Assembly: GCA_028534125.1 (NCBI GenBank)
Contig: CM052818.1
Span: 30,444,001-30,508,000 of the forward strand
Direction: 5' to 3'
DNA from: Lama glama
Taxonomy: Eukaryota
Length of the DNA: 64,000 nt
Shown here: piece after piece, positions 1-11,739 of the stretch
How positions within the stretch are numbered: position 1 is the stretch's first letter
Layout: each line of letters starts with the position of its first letter
Translations under genes and position numbers: made by a program
Notes under the pieces: generated by a model
What the model was told of the DNA's origin: nothing
Database searches by the model: none
What the model saw: the letters and a program-made list of their open reading frames with translations, nothing else

Positions 1-250
1 GTGCACATATATTCCGCTTTCAGAATAGTTTTGCAAATTGTACACAAACAAAAAGGGTGGAAGCTTTTTAATAAAGAAATTGCATTTATAAATGATCTGT
101 ATTAGAATATAATAAATCTCCAGTTATAGTCAATTACTACCCGTGTTGTACAACAGATACCTTCTATTTTAGTTGCTAATAAAGGGCTACACAACTCAAA
201 ATAGTCTGATTTAAACTTATTGCTCTGTGGTACATATGAAAATTGTTTTT
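1..250 (+). terminator. Probable 3' end / polyadenylation region of an upstream gene (identity unknown)
   Basis: Three AATAAA hexamers (70-75, 111-116, 178-183), TGTA motifs upstream, T/GT-rich sequence downstream, non-repetitive AU-rich 3'UTR-like composition. Confidence 0.5.
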
Positions 251-1239
251 TATTAATTCCATTTTAGAATTTTTATGTTAAAAGTGGTAAACTTAAGCTC
301 TTATGTAAAAATGTTAGGATGTATTTTATATTTTACGTATTTATGTGATTTTTTTTATCACAGTTATTAGATTCATTTTAAAGTTAGCTTATAATATTAC
401 ATAGTTTGCCTTTTTGTGTGTGACATCACTTTGTGTCATTACTACATTATAATACAATATAAATTCAAGATTGGTAAAAGAACATAGATGTACTTCTATA
501 ATTTAGAGATTGTGTTTGATAGGCAGTAGTCTGCAAATGAGGAAACATTAAAGAATATTCTTAGTGTTATTCAAATCATTGCAGACCATACACTGCTGCT
601 ATGCTTTTTTAGTGCTTCAAGCAATTTGACTCTCTTACTTGAATTTTTAGCAAGAAATCATTAACAACAAAAAAAAAACCCACTGGATTTTCTTATAGTT
701 CTACAATTTCTATAGTTCATGATTTTTGGTGCGGCTCTTCCAACTAAAATAATGGTATGGTGTTGTATTTCTTTCTTTAGCTTGGATCAATTCTAGGCAT
801 TTTTGTAAAAAAAACAGAACAAAAACAAAAGGTAATTCAGTTAGCTGATTATTGGCCATCATGTATGTACTAGATTATACCTATTTAATCTAACACTGGG
901 TATTTATATTACATTGGAGAGCTTTTATATCTTCAGTGTTATGCCAGAATAGCACAATTTTTAGATGCCTTGCACCAAGTTTATTTAAAGAGTTACATTT
1001 CTTCTTTACTAAATACCAACTTTCTATACTCAAGAATTGAGATAAAATAATGTAATCTTTTGGATTCAAAATTACCCACCTATACATGTGTGGAAATTAT
1101 ATTCTTATGTATTAGTGATTTATTTCCCATAATTCAGATATACTTTCGAGTACTGTAAATATTTATTCCTTATTTATTATATAGACTATAAAAATTTCAA
1201 AATTGACTACAGAGTGAATTTTTAATGTTTTCTGGATAG

Positions 1240-1940
1240 AAAACTAATACATGATTACTATAGAAAATTTAGATAATACCGAAAAGTATAAAGAAGAGAA
1301 AGAAAAATCTGCAATCTCACTATCCAGAGATAACACTGTTAATATTTTTTGTATTTTCTTTCAACTTTTGTCTATGCTGTTTATATGTATGAATGTGTAT
1401 ATGTGTTTGTGTGTGTGCATAATGACAATTGAGATTATACTGACCTTATAGTTGTATACCCTACTTTTATAACTTACCGTCATAAGTATTTCTCCATGTC
1501 TTTGAAAATGTGATTTTAAAAAAATGGCTGCCTAATATTCTATTGTATGAATATACTACAATTGAACCAGTTCTCTCTTTGGATATTAGATTGTTTCTAA
1601 TATTTCATAATTATAAGTAATAGTGGGATGGACATCTTTGTATGTGAAATTTGAATTCTATATTAGACTAGTTCTTTAGGATATATTCATGGGAATGGGA
1701 TAATTGGTTTAGGTGATGAGACTTTTTTAAGCTCCTTACAAAATGACCAAGTTACCCTTCAGAAAGATTGTACCAAATTAGCAATATATGAGTACTCATT
1801 ATAATGCCCCGTCTCCACCACTGAGTATCATTTTTTCTAATCTTTGACAATTTGTTAAGCAAATAATTGGTTGTTCTTTTGATCATTCTAATAAGAGTGG
1901 CTTTACAATCAATTATTTTTTTCCCTTCTGTAATTTTATA
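1240..1940 (-). mobile_element. Ancient L1 3' end fragment (L1ME-like)
   Basis: Degenerate antisense L1 3' motifs: ggctgcctaatattctattgtatgaatata, ggacatctttgtatgtg, ttcagaaagattgtaccaaatt. Confidence 0.65.
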
Positions 1941-2850
1941 GTTGATTGATTAATAAAAAAATACAAGAGGTTTGCTTAGGTTGAGGGAGGGCTGTAGCCC
2001 TCTGAGTATGTTTACTGTACATTTAAACTAAAATATTTTGACATCACTCCACCCTTTCCTGGAGTTTGAACATATCTTTCAAACTCAGTCATAAAATAGA
2101 AAGAGTTCCAAACTGATAGTTAGGTTTTGGGTTCTGCTTCTGCCTCTGCCACTAATTAGCTGTCTCACCACACACATTTCATGTTGTATTGAAACTTAAC
2201 TGTTGTAAGATATGGAGGTGATCTCTTAAGCACTTTGCAGTTTCAGAAAACTTCGATGTTGTGACTTTGCTCTTTAAAGATTCTGATGTCACTTATGTTT
2301 GAAAACTGTGTGATTGAATTAGAAGTATTATCTTTTAATTTCCACTCTACATACATGAAAATGAAAGTACTTTTTTTTAACACAAAAGGGAAGTTAATTT
2401 GCGTTACTTAATGCAGTTAATATTACCTAAATTGTTGAACTTAAGCTTTCCTACTTTAAGTGCCTTTAAAAGTGTTTTTATTTGAAATATAAAATGTAAA
2501 GGAAATTTTTGTGTAGTTCTATACAGTTTCTTTTTTATTATATACTTTTGAGTTATTTACAGCACTTTTTTTAAGCCTTAGAGTGTGCAGAGCAGTATAT
2601 TCATGGATTCTTCACTGTTCTACTAATGAGTCCTTGGGAAATGTATGTTAAAAGTTAGCTCAGTGAGCAGGTAAGTAAATGCTCTCTGTCTTGGGTGGGC
2701 AATAAATCTTTATACAGAATAGGGTAAAGGACATTCAGATTCCAGTGTTTATATTTAGCTATTCCAATAGAGACAGTAGGTGTCCTGAGTTAGTTAATGG
2801 TTATTGTTGCAAATCTCAAATTTTTCTTCAGTTCATTACCCTAGATTAGT

Positions 2851-3060
2851 GTTTTTGTGTAAAGGGCCACATAGTAAATATTTTGGGTTTTGCAGGCCAT
2901 ATGGTCTCTTCCCAACTATTCACCTTTGCTATTGTAACACAAAAGCAGCCATAGACAATGTATAAATGAGTGAGTGTGGCTGTGTTTCTCTCAAACTTTA
3001 TTTACACAAAATGATGGTGAATTGGATTTGGTCCACAGGACATTATTTGTTGTCCCTTGT
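2851..3060. mobile_element. MER58A-like hAT-Charlie DNA transposon
   Basis: gtaaagggccacatagtaaatattttgggttttgcaggccatatggtctct...aaagcagccatagacaat...aaactttatttac matches the recalled MER58A consensus. Confidence 0.85.
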
Positions 3061-4150
3061 CCTGTAGTTCACTTGTAGTTCAAATTACTGGCTAGTTACT
3101 GCAACAAATGGTTGTAAGTTTCTGCCATTCCAGGTCTCTCTTAATTTGATACAGTCTGGTTAGTTGGGTTTGAGTGTCATTTAGGATTATAAAGGTAAGT
3201 AAGAAGTGGGTAAGGGAAACTGGGAACTCTTAGGAACTAGTGTTAAGGCACTTTGAAGCTCTTTTATTTGCTGGAGCCCATTAGGAGGTTTGCTTTGCTG
3301 CCAGAAATTAATCGAAAAAGTGATGAGTGGAGTTTGTGATTGGTTACCAAAAACTATATAAATTATTCTAAACACTTGGCTACTTAGATGGTAATAGAGG
3401 ATGGAACAGATGAAAGCCTTTTTACCTGAGTACCCTAGGATGCTAGACCAAACTTAAGAAAGATTGTGAAATGTGAGACTTCATTTTGCCATATAAAGAA
3501 AGACTTTTGGGGGAAAAAACTACCATCTACGATCACCGTTGCTTTAAGACCCTCTCAGACTGGCCCAATATTTAGGAAGGACAAAAACTCAGAATAGAAG
3601 AGAGTTCTTTAACTTGAATAACTTTAAATCGATGTGAAAATCACTATTTTTTTTTCTCATTTACTTTGAATCACTGAAAACATCATTAAGGAGCAGTATT
3701 GATCCATAGACTGACTAGAGTTGTAGAAGTGCCGTGATACAGTTGCTGACAGACCTAATGTTATAAAAATTATTATTCATTAGGGGATGTAATAAACCAC
3801 ATGCACTCTGATATTCAGAGTACAACTTTATATTATTGTGTTAAATTGCAAGTGCTACACATATCAAGAGGGACATTATGTACTATTAGTGTTCATAGGG
3901 AGTCAGCCAGGATGTTGAAAGGCCTGAGTGCTGTGGAGAGTAGGATGCAAAGAAATTGGTGATAGTTACTTTGGAGAAAATAAGTTTGAAGAGGGAGTTT
4001 TCTTCAGATATTTGAGTGACTGCCACATGTGAGAAGGAATAGAATTGTTCTATATTCTAGATGGAAAAGTTAATTGTAAGAAATGTAAGTTTCTGCTTCC
4101 ACATTTAATGTTCTGTATGAGAATTTCTAAATGAAAATCGACTCTGTCCT

Positions 4151-4205
4151 CAAAGTGGTTCTCAAAGTCAGATCCCTAGACCAGCACAGCATCACCTGGG
4201 TATGT
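4151..4205. mobile_element. MER5A terminal fragment
   Basis: agtggttctcaaagtcagatccctagaccagcacagcatcacctggg is the MER5A terminus. Confidence 0.6.
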
Positions 4206-4305
4206 TACCTGTGTAGACCTAAAATTATAGATCAGCAAGCTGAAAAAAGCTAATGGAATCAGTACAGATTACTTCATTTGTATAAAACTGTTAAGGGAAA
4301 TCATC

Positions 4306-4415
4306 TTTTTTGAGGGAGAGGTAATTAGGTTTATTTTTTAATGGAGGTACTGGGGATCAAACCCAGGACCTTGTACACACTAAGTAGTCTACCACTGAGC
4401 TGTACCCTCCCCTCC
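4306..4415 (-). mobile_element. tRNA-derived camelid SINE (Vic-1 type)
   Basis: Reverse complement reads GGGAGGGTACAGCTCAGTGGTAG (A box)...GGTCCTGGGTTTGATCCCCAGTACCTCCATT (B box)...AAACCTAATTACCTC. Flanking duplication aagggaaat at 4293-4301 and 4416-4424. Confidence 0.9.
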
Positions 4416-5704
4416 AAGGGAAATTGTTTTTAAAATGAAAACCGATTTTGATCATTTAACACTAACTTTCAACAAAGAAATTGTAAGTTTATGATTGTTA
4501 CCTAATTGTTAGTGGGAGTGACGTAGCTTTTCTAAACAGAGGTGCTTCTTAAATCTAAAACAGCCATATCAATAGCAGGAAAGGATATTGAGGGAGCTTG
4601 CTCTATTTATACCTGTTAATGTCAAAATACTGGGAGGGGAGCCAAGAACAGCTGACAGATAAGTTTCCTCTGTCCTTTGCCTGTTTTCCTGCCATGTAAA
4701 ACTGAGTGGCATGGCACAGTTATCACACTGACCATATGTTTGGTAGAAGTACTACTAGTAACTGGGACCTTTGCCTTTGTAAAGTCACTGTTGTGGATGG
4801 GGTTTATTCGCCTATTGTGAATGCTGGGTATGCTCTGTCTGTGGGTACTCTAAAGAACCTTAGAGTTTCTGATTGTCATTTATTTGTTCAAGGATTCTCC
4901 AGTGGTCCCAGAGTGGTTTGTACCTAGGGTGTATCACGTTTACAGTGTTTATATGTGTTTAATTCTAATGCAAGGTTTTGGCCATCACACTATAAAAATA
5001 ATGGAAGAAAACTTAAAGGCAGTTTCCCTGATTTTGAAAGCCATAATATGCAATTGGTTTTCCATTATAAATTGTAAATTATATTCAAATGCATATTTCA
5101 TACTTTGTAAAGTGAGATTTGTAACTTTGCTAGATGTAGTCCTATTTTTTTCCTGTCATGCTAATAAGGAAACCAAAGAAGCTACTGAAGGCCAAGTGTA
5201 TTCAGCTATGAGTAAGACCTGAGTTCTGGTCTTTAAATCTGCCAATGTAAACTTTGGACAATATTTAAATTTTTCTGACCACAACAGTCTCTGAATTACT
5301 TACTGAATGTGATGTTATATACATTTAAGGAGAAAATATTCAAACAAGATGAAAACTGACAAAACTAGAATGATATGTGAATGACATAAATGACAGACTG
5401 AATTTTGTGAGCTTTTAAAGTAAATACTTAGGCCCTTGAACTAGATTTAATAAAAATATTTTACCTTAACAATTTTATAAATGGAAGTTTTTTTCTAAGA
5501 AGTTTTTATTTCCATTTAAAATTTATCCATTTGAATCTAGCACATAATAGACTTCAGTTGGCATTTGTTCAACTGATAAATTGAATTTTAAAGCAAGAAG
5601 GACAAAAGGCAATCTTCATTATGAAGTGTTTTTTAAAGGACAGGAAAGCATAAATCTTTCAGTAGGAAACAAATTTTAATTGGCTTTTTATATTTTCAGT
5701 TTTT

Positions 5705-5934
5705 TTAACATTTTTTATTGATTTATAATCATTTTACAATGTTGTGTCAAATTTCCAGTCTTCAGCACAATTTTTCAGTCATTCATGGACATATACACAC
5801 TCATTGTCACATTTTTTTCTCTGTGAGTTATCATAACATTTTGTGTATATTTCCCTGTGGTATACAGTGTAATCTTGTTTATCTATTCTACAATTTTGAA
5901 ATCCCAGTCTATCCCTTCCCACCCTCCACCCCCC
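5705..5934 (-). mobile_element. Young lineage-specific L1, 5'-truncated to 230 bp of 3'UTR
   Basis: Same 3'UTR as the ORF2-bearing L1 at 37346-39613. Perfect TSD tattttcagttttt at 5691-5704 and 5935-5948. Confidence 0.92.
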
Positions 5935-6464
5935 TATTTTCAGTTTTTGATTATGGAAATCAATTTAATTTTAAAAGATTATAGAATTTAATATTCCTAG
6001 ACTCTGTGTAATGCCAAACGGCATAAATGGTAATGTAAGGGATCTGGTAAATTTGAAACAATTGGCCCACAATTCTTAGCTCATATTTTGCAATATCCTA
6101 TGGTATTTACTGTTATTTAAAAGTGTTACAGAGTTTTTAAAGCAATTAGTTAAAATATTATTTAGCTGTTTGCCCAATGACATGTCCAGACAACAAAGTA
6201 GAAAGATACTCTGGAGATGCTAGAAGCTTTCCACTGGAATCTGTTTTCAGCTTTGTCAGTGGCTTGCTACTGGTTTGCTGGAACAAATCATTGCCCTTTC
6301 CTCAAGTGGAGTTTATTTCTTATTTACGTGTGTTAGAATTGTATAGTATGACCCCTAAGGGCCTTTCCACCTTTGACTTTTTATGACAATAGTGGAAACA
6401 CCTTATTACTTAATATATTGTACTTTCAATTTAAAAAATATATTTCACAACTTTTTCTTTCCTC

Positions 6465-6625
6465 TTAATCTCAACAATAAGTAGGCCAGACATTACTACT
6501 GTATTTTTACTGATGGAGAATGTGAGTCCCATGCAAATAACATGACCTATAGAAGTCTGCATGGCTAGTTAGTATCAAGAGCTAGGACAAGAATTCAGTT
6601 CTTCTGATTTTCAGTCCTGTGTGTT
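6465..6625 (-). mobile_element. MIR SINE fragment
   Basis: tttttactgatggagaatgtgagtccc...ggctagttagtatcaagagctaggacaagaattcagttcttctgattttcagtcc is an antisense MIR core. Confidence 0.65.
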
Positions 6626-6969
6626 ATAAATGCTATATCATGTTACTATTCTGTATTTTGTATTTGGTGCTGGCTCTTTGAGGTACCATATTCAAATAGT
6701 AATGGGGTTTTGCAATTTCATTAAAAATGGGAATCGTTCATGTAAACATCTATTTTGATTAATTAGGCAAAAATAAATTTCTTTTGGTGGATTAAACTAC
6801 TCCTAATAACTCAGGAGACTTCTAATTGCTTTGTTGAGAGGTTTACTTTTAGACATCCCAGTTCTGTTCTATTGCTAGCATCATCAAAATGCACTGCTTC
6901 TTTGTAATGAGAGAGTGACAGAAATGAAATTTAAGTTACTTGTATGTGAGACTTTCTGATGGTGAGACT

Positions 6970-7378
6970 TTATAGCAGACACTTGACTCTCACCACTTGC
7001 ATTAAATTGTCCTGGAAGCACCAGTGACTCTGCCTTGGATTTCCTCACCTGCTCACAGGGCAGATTGGAAATGCTAGGAAGACAATGCCCTGGAAGCATC
7101 TCTCAACCAGTGAAATGGGAATTGGGGATAATTATTCCAGTTTCCTTGCCCTTCTGGTAATACTCTGAGGCATGTTTCATACTGTTTCCTGGAGTTTCCA
7201 GTAGGACTGCTCATTGCCCACAACAGGAAACTGTTAAATATATATTCTTCATTTTTTCCCCTCTTCTTCTCTGTCTCACTTCCCATTCCTTTATCAGCGT
7301 TTCCTGGCATTACCTCCTAAAAGAAATTCTTGTCTTTGAATCTGGTCACAGAATGTGTTTCTGGGATAAACTAAAACA
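6970..7378 (+). mobile_element. LTR16-family (ERVL) solo LTR
   Basis: cagggcagattggaaatgctagg, gcatctctcaaccagtg, actctgaggcatgttt, ctgtctcacttcccattcc, ttcctggcattacctcc...tttctgggataaactaaaaca. Confidence 0.75.
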
Positions 7379-7574
7379 TGTTTGATTAGGGAAATAAGTC
7401 ATTACCTGTGTTCTTGTTAGATATAAAGGTTTTTTTTTTTTTAAGAATTATTTGGGGCAAGATCTAAAACAAGTATTTTAATATACTGACTCTTTTAGTC
7501 TCATAATCACATCCATGTTCAATTTAATTTCCTTACTTTCATTTCATAATAAAGATTCAAGGTAAAAAACACTT

Positions 7575-7664
7575 AAGTAAAAATTCAAGGTAAATATCTT
7601 ACGTGGAAATCTTTCTATCAAGTAAAAATTCAAGGTAAATATCTTACGTGGAAATCTTTCTACC
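7575..7664. repeat. Two-copy 45-bp tandem duplication
   Basis: aagtaaaaattcaaggtaaatatcttacgtggaaatctttcta(t/c)c at 7575-7619 and 7620-7664, one mismatch. Confidence 0.95.
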
Positions 7665-10332
7665 AGATCTGTTTGTCCTTTTTTTTTAAAAAAAAAATTG
7701 TAGCCTGATTATCCAAATGCTTTAGAAGGACACAGTGGGTTATCTATTTTGTTAGAAATTGAATTAACATGGAATTTGATAGACCAAAATTATAGATTAT
7801 TTTCTGCTTGGATCCAACTTTCTCATCTCTTATCAGGACCTGCTTATTCACAATTGGGAACCAGGATTAGCCTTGCCTAACATTGATTATAAGGGTAAAT
7901 TTAGTTCGTGGCTAATTTCCCCAGAGATTGTTCTGTGATCTTTATTAAGTCAAAACTTTTTGTGCTCTTATTAAGGATTAAGAAATACGGAGTTGTCTAA
8001 TTGAATAAGCTCTACATTAAATTCAGTGTATTGTAAGTATATCTTTTATAGTTCTTTGATACCTTTTTAAAAAAAGTTAGTACTGATTTGTATGTGTTTT
8101 TTTAAAATGATGTGGAAAATTTGTATTCATTTAAGGAACATGTTAATTATCAGTCTTTTTTTCCCATGTAAATATTGTGTTGCATGTCTGAAATGTATTC
8201 TCTGTTGATTTGGTTTATGCATGAATTTAACCAAGTTGATGGTTCTGTTTATAGGGCATCCTAAGATTAGCATGCACAAATATCTTCTTATAGGACAAAC
8301 AAAACATTTAAAGATTATATTTTACTTAGTTATCCTTATTGTAAAGTAACAGCTTTAAACATCTGTATTTTTTTAAGCACATATACCAGAGTGAATGCAG
8401 AATATTTTCCCTCAATGTAGTTGCCTTGTGGTACCATGTTCTTTTGAATATATGGCAGGGAATTTATTGAGCTTTGAGCTTGCATTTGTCTGTTAGAAAT
8501 GTTCAAAGGTCAGCTGAGTGGTTAAATTGGATAATGTGGCTTGGGGGAAAACATGTTAATTACAAAGGAATAAGTCTGACTTTCTCCTGGGACACATCAG
8601 ACTACTCTAAAGTGGAAGCCCTCTCCTCAGAATCTCTGCAGTGGTATATTGGAATAAGCTTATAGTCTATTAAAGTTACTATTCATTTGTAACTATAAGT
8701 TCTGTTATTTCAAAAAAATTAATATAGTTACTTTTTAGATGTGTTACATCCCAGCAGCTACCTAATTTTATTATCAGATCCAATCAAGGCTTTTGGTATT
8801 TCAAATATTTCTGTATGGTAGATTGAAAATCAGGAGTAAGAATCAGAGATGATTTTTTAAATTTGTCAAGAAGGGTGTCCGATTTTCCTGAGCACTAAAT
8901 ACTTTCTATAAGGAATATTACATTAAAAATATGGAATATCTTTTTAAAGTCTTTGCTAGAAGTTGATTCCTTATGCTAGGTGTGAATAATCTCATGATAA
9001 ATTGATATAAAACAAGCTTGAAAAATTGTCTCTTTTCAAAAGTTTATGTATTTACCATCACCAGTAGGCCACTTTATGCAGTACCTCTGTACTAAGTATT
9101 GAAGTACAACCTAGCCTTTTTAAGGTTTAAAAAGTGCTCCCTGTCTACATTAATGTTGAGTACTTGTATTTAGCAATGTTCTATTTCTGGATGTTTGTTA
9201 ATTTGATTAATCATACAGGATTAGTCTATTCCTAAAAGTTCTATTTGGTACAGTTGTCAGAGACAATTAACTTGTATGAAACAATGATGCATGCTTTAAC
9301 AGTTAAAATATTTTTAAAATTTCTATTTTAAAACTGTCTCCGTAGTTGGCAGGGATAATTTTGTAATTTCTGGTTCTTGTAATTGTTTCTGTGTCAGGAA
9401 AATATTGTACCTTGCAGTACTTGATTTACATTTCTTGCTGTTTGAAAATCTTCACGTTTATTATCTGTTAACAAAAGTAATTTTAACTAAATGTTTATGC
9501 TATTGAATGAGGAAAGTTGAACCAACTGTTAGTACCAAAACAGGCTGAAATTTAGGTCTGGTGTTTTGCCTGGAGTTTGTGATTGATTTATCTAAAGGAT
9601 ACCAGTTTCCACTCAGGTATTTACATTAGAATTAATAGTAGATTCAAAATTACTTGATTGTGATTTACATTTTAAATATAATTTAGAGATTCTGCATTAT
9701 TAGGAAGTGTTGTTTTAAATTTCCACTTTCATTTATGCTTATTTTTAAGATGGAGATTAAACATTTTTTAGATAATAGAAATTTAGGTAAATATGCAGTA
9801 TTTAAATCATTACTAGTTTATTACTTAAAAAGTTCAGTGTGTGATAATAGCTTTTATATTATAACTACATGTTCCCTTGTTTTTCCTTGAAATTTTACCT
9901 CTTTAACTGAAGTAATGTCTGTCCATAATAACTTCAGGTTTCTGTGACCAACTTATATATAATTGGAGTTACTCTTGATATAAAATGAGTTAGAAAAAAA
10001 ATTTTAGCGGAAATTTTATAGTAACTGCAGTGCTATATGATAACAAAACACTTTCTGGTTAGAATCTTTTACTTTTCTTATTAGTTTCTAACCTGTTATC
10101 TCCTCTCTCCCCCCTTTTTAAGTGTGTACGTTGCCACTACCTTCTCTATAATTTTAGAAAAAACTAGATATTTGAAGGTGGAGTTATTTTCACCAAATTT
10201 TAGTCTTTTCTGTTCAAGATGAACAGTACTGTGATAAGGGGATATACTTTATTTCCCTCTCTTGTAACAGAGTTTGCAGCGCTTAATGTTCTTAAAGAAT
10301 AAACCTTTATCAAGTTTTGTGCTCATTTGCAG

Positions 10333-10365
10333 ACCAGCCTAGGAACACCCTCAAGAAAGCAACAG
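10333..10365 (+). other. Candidate 33-nt internal exon
   Basis: Acceptor gttttgtgctcatttgcag|, donor CAG|gtgggt, length a multiple of 3, two frames open, repeat-poor context. Confidence 0.4.
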
Positions 10366-10960
10366 GTGGGTTGTGTAGCAAAATAGAAATACTGAGATTT
10401 TTGAGCGTGGGGATTTTGTCATGTTTACTGAAGAATAATAGTCTTTCAAATAAAGATAATGAGATTTATAAATGGAAAATACAAGACAAAAAGCAATATG
10501 AATAGTCAAAATATTTTTAAAAAAATCTAAACTCTATTGAAGACAAACTAAATTGGTTATTTCTAGAAAAGAGGATACTGTATGTTTCAGTTGTTTTTTA
10601 TGTGTTTGGGAACTAAAGCATTAAATGCCAAGATTTATCTGTTTCTCTACCCCCTTGTAGTTAATTGACACAAGTAATTCAGTAGTATTACTGGTTTAAT
10701 TCTAGAATGCTTATTATTTCCTCACATTTAAAAAGACATTGCCTCTAAGATAAAAAGATGCTGATATGAAGATGAAAGATACTGATCTGTGTCCATCCGC
10801 ATTTCCTCTTTATTGTATTTCCCCCTGTATATTAAAAACAACAACGGCCTACTTTTATAGTCCTGAAGAGGCCACTTTTACCCGGGAGAAACTTTTTCAA
10901 GTAGCTCAAAAATTGCGGCTGTTAGTAGTAGGTAATCTGTTCATTCTTTTATATCTCTAG

Positions 10961-11560
10961 CCGTGACTTTTTAATGAAGACTGGAGCTCCGGAGATAATA
11001 ATACCCAGCAGCCCCATGTGTGCGTGCAGGAATGGTGTTGGCCATGTTCCCCCATGGAGGTGGTGGTTTGGGTGCTTTTTTATGGTCCTCCCCAAAGAAA
11101 ACACCCCACCAGCAGCAACCTCCTTCTTGACCTTTTACCCTCTCACTCTCTCCTTTTCCGTTTCTCCCTCTTCCTTCGTTGAAATACATCAAGGAAAATA
11201 GGACCCTGTAAGTATGCAATCACTGCGTTTCATATTCTTAATTAGCTCTTATAACTAGTATTATCTCCTAACAGAACAGTCTTAACATTAGTCATACAGC
11301 TTGAGCTCGTTGTCCTTCATTTAGGTAGCCCTTAAGTGTACTGAATATAAGGAAAAGAGTGAAGGGAAGAAATGACCATTTGTAAAGTTGCTGGATTTCA
11401 TTGCTTATGATAAATAATGTTTTAATCCTTTTCCAAGTGAAAAAAATCTTTTAAAAGGAAAGAAAAAATCATTTAATGCAAATGTTTGTAAACATGTATG
11501 TAAATATATTGTTTTCTTTATCTCCAAAAATCATTAATAAAAGTGGCTTTTTAGTTTCTT
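10961..11560 (+). other. Candidate alternative terminal exon (or 247-nt internal exon ending at 11207)
   Basis: Acceptor gttcattcttttatatctctag| at 10960, GC rise after it, donor CCT|gtaagt at 11207/11208, AATAAA at 11536-11541 followed by a GT/T-rich tract. Confidence 0.4.
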
Positions 11561-11739
11561 CTTGAATGGGGTTACTTTGTGTATATTAGGATAAATTCTG
11601 CAAGCCTAAAACAACACTTAAATCTGAGTTTCTTATATCACATGACATCAGAAGGGACACAGCTTTTTCTTTTTTGTTGTCATTTTTCATCCATTGCCTT
11701 TTCCCCCCTTTACCTAAGAAAGAGTAATTATTTTTCTTT

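Noticed and set aside
4000..4130. Possible CR1/L3 fragment, and faint MIR traces at ~2120-2250, 5215-5285, 6240-6388, 23050-23220
   Set aside because: Too degenerate to bound or name reliably without alignment.
4306..4415. tRNA gene (also 28316-28404)
   Set aside because: The A/B boxes belong to a tRNA-derived SINE with a tail and TSD.
7575..7664. CRISPR-like repeat
   Set aside because: Eukaryotic DNA; two adjacent units with no spacer.
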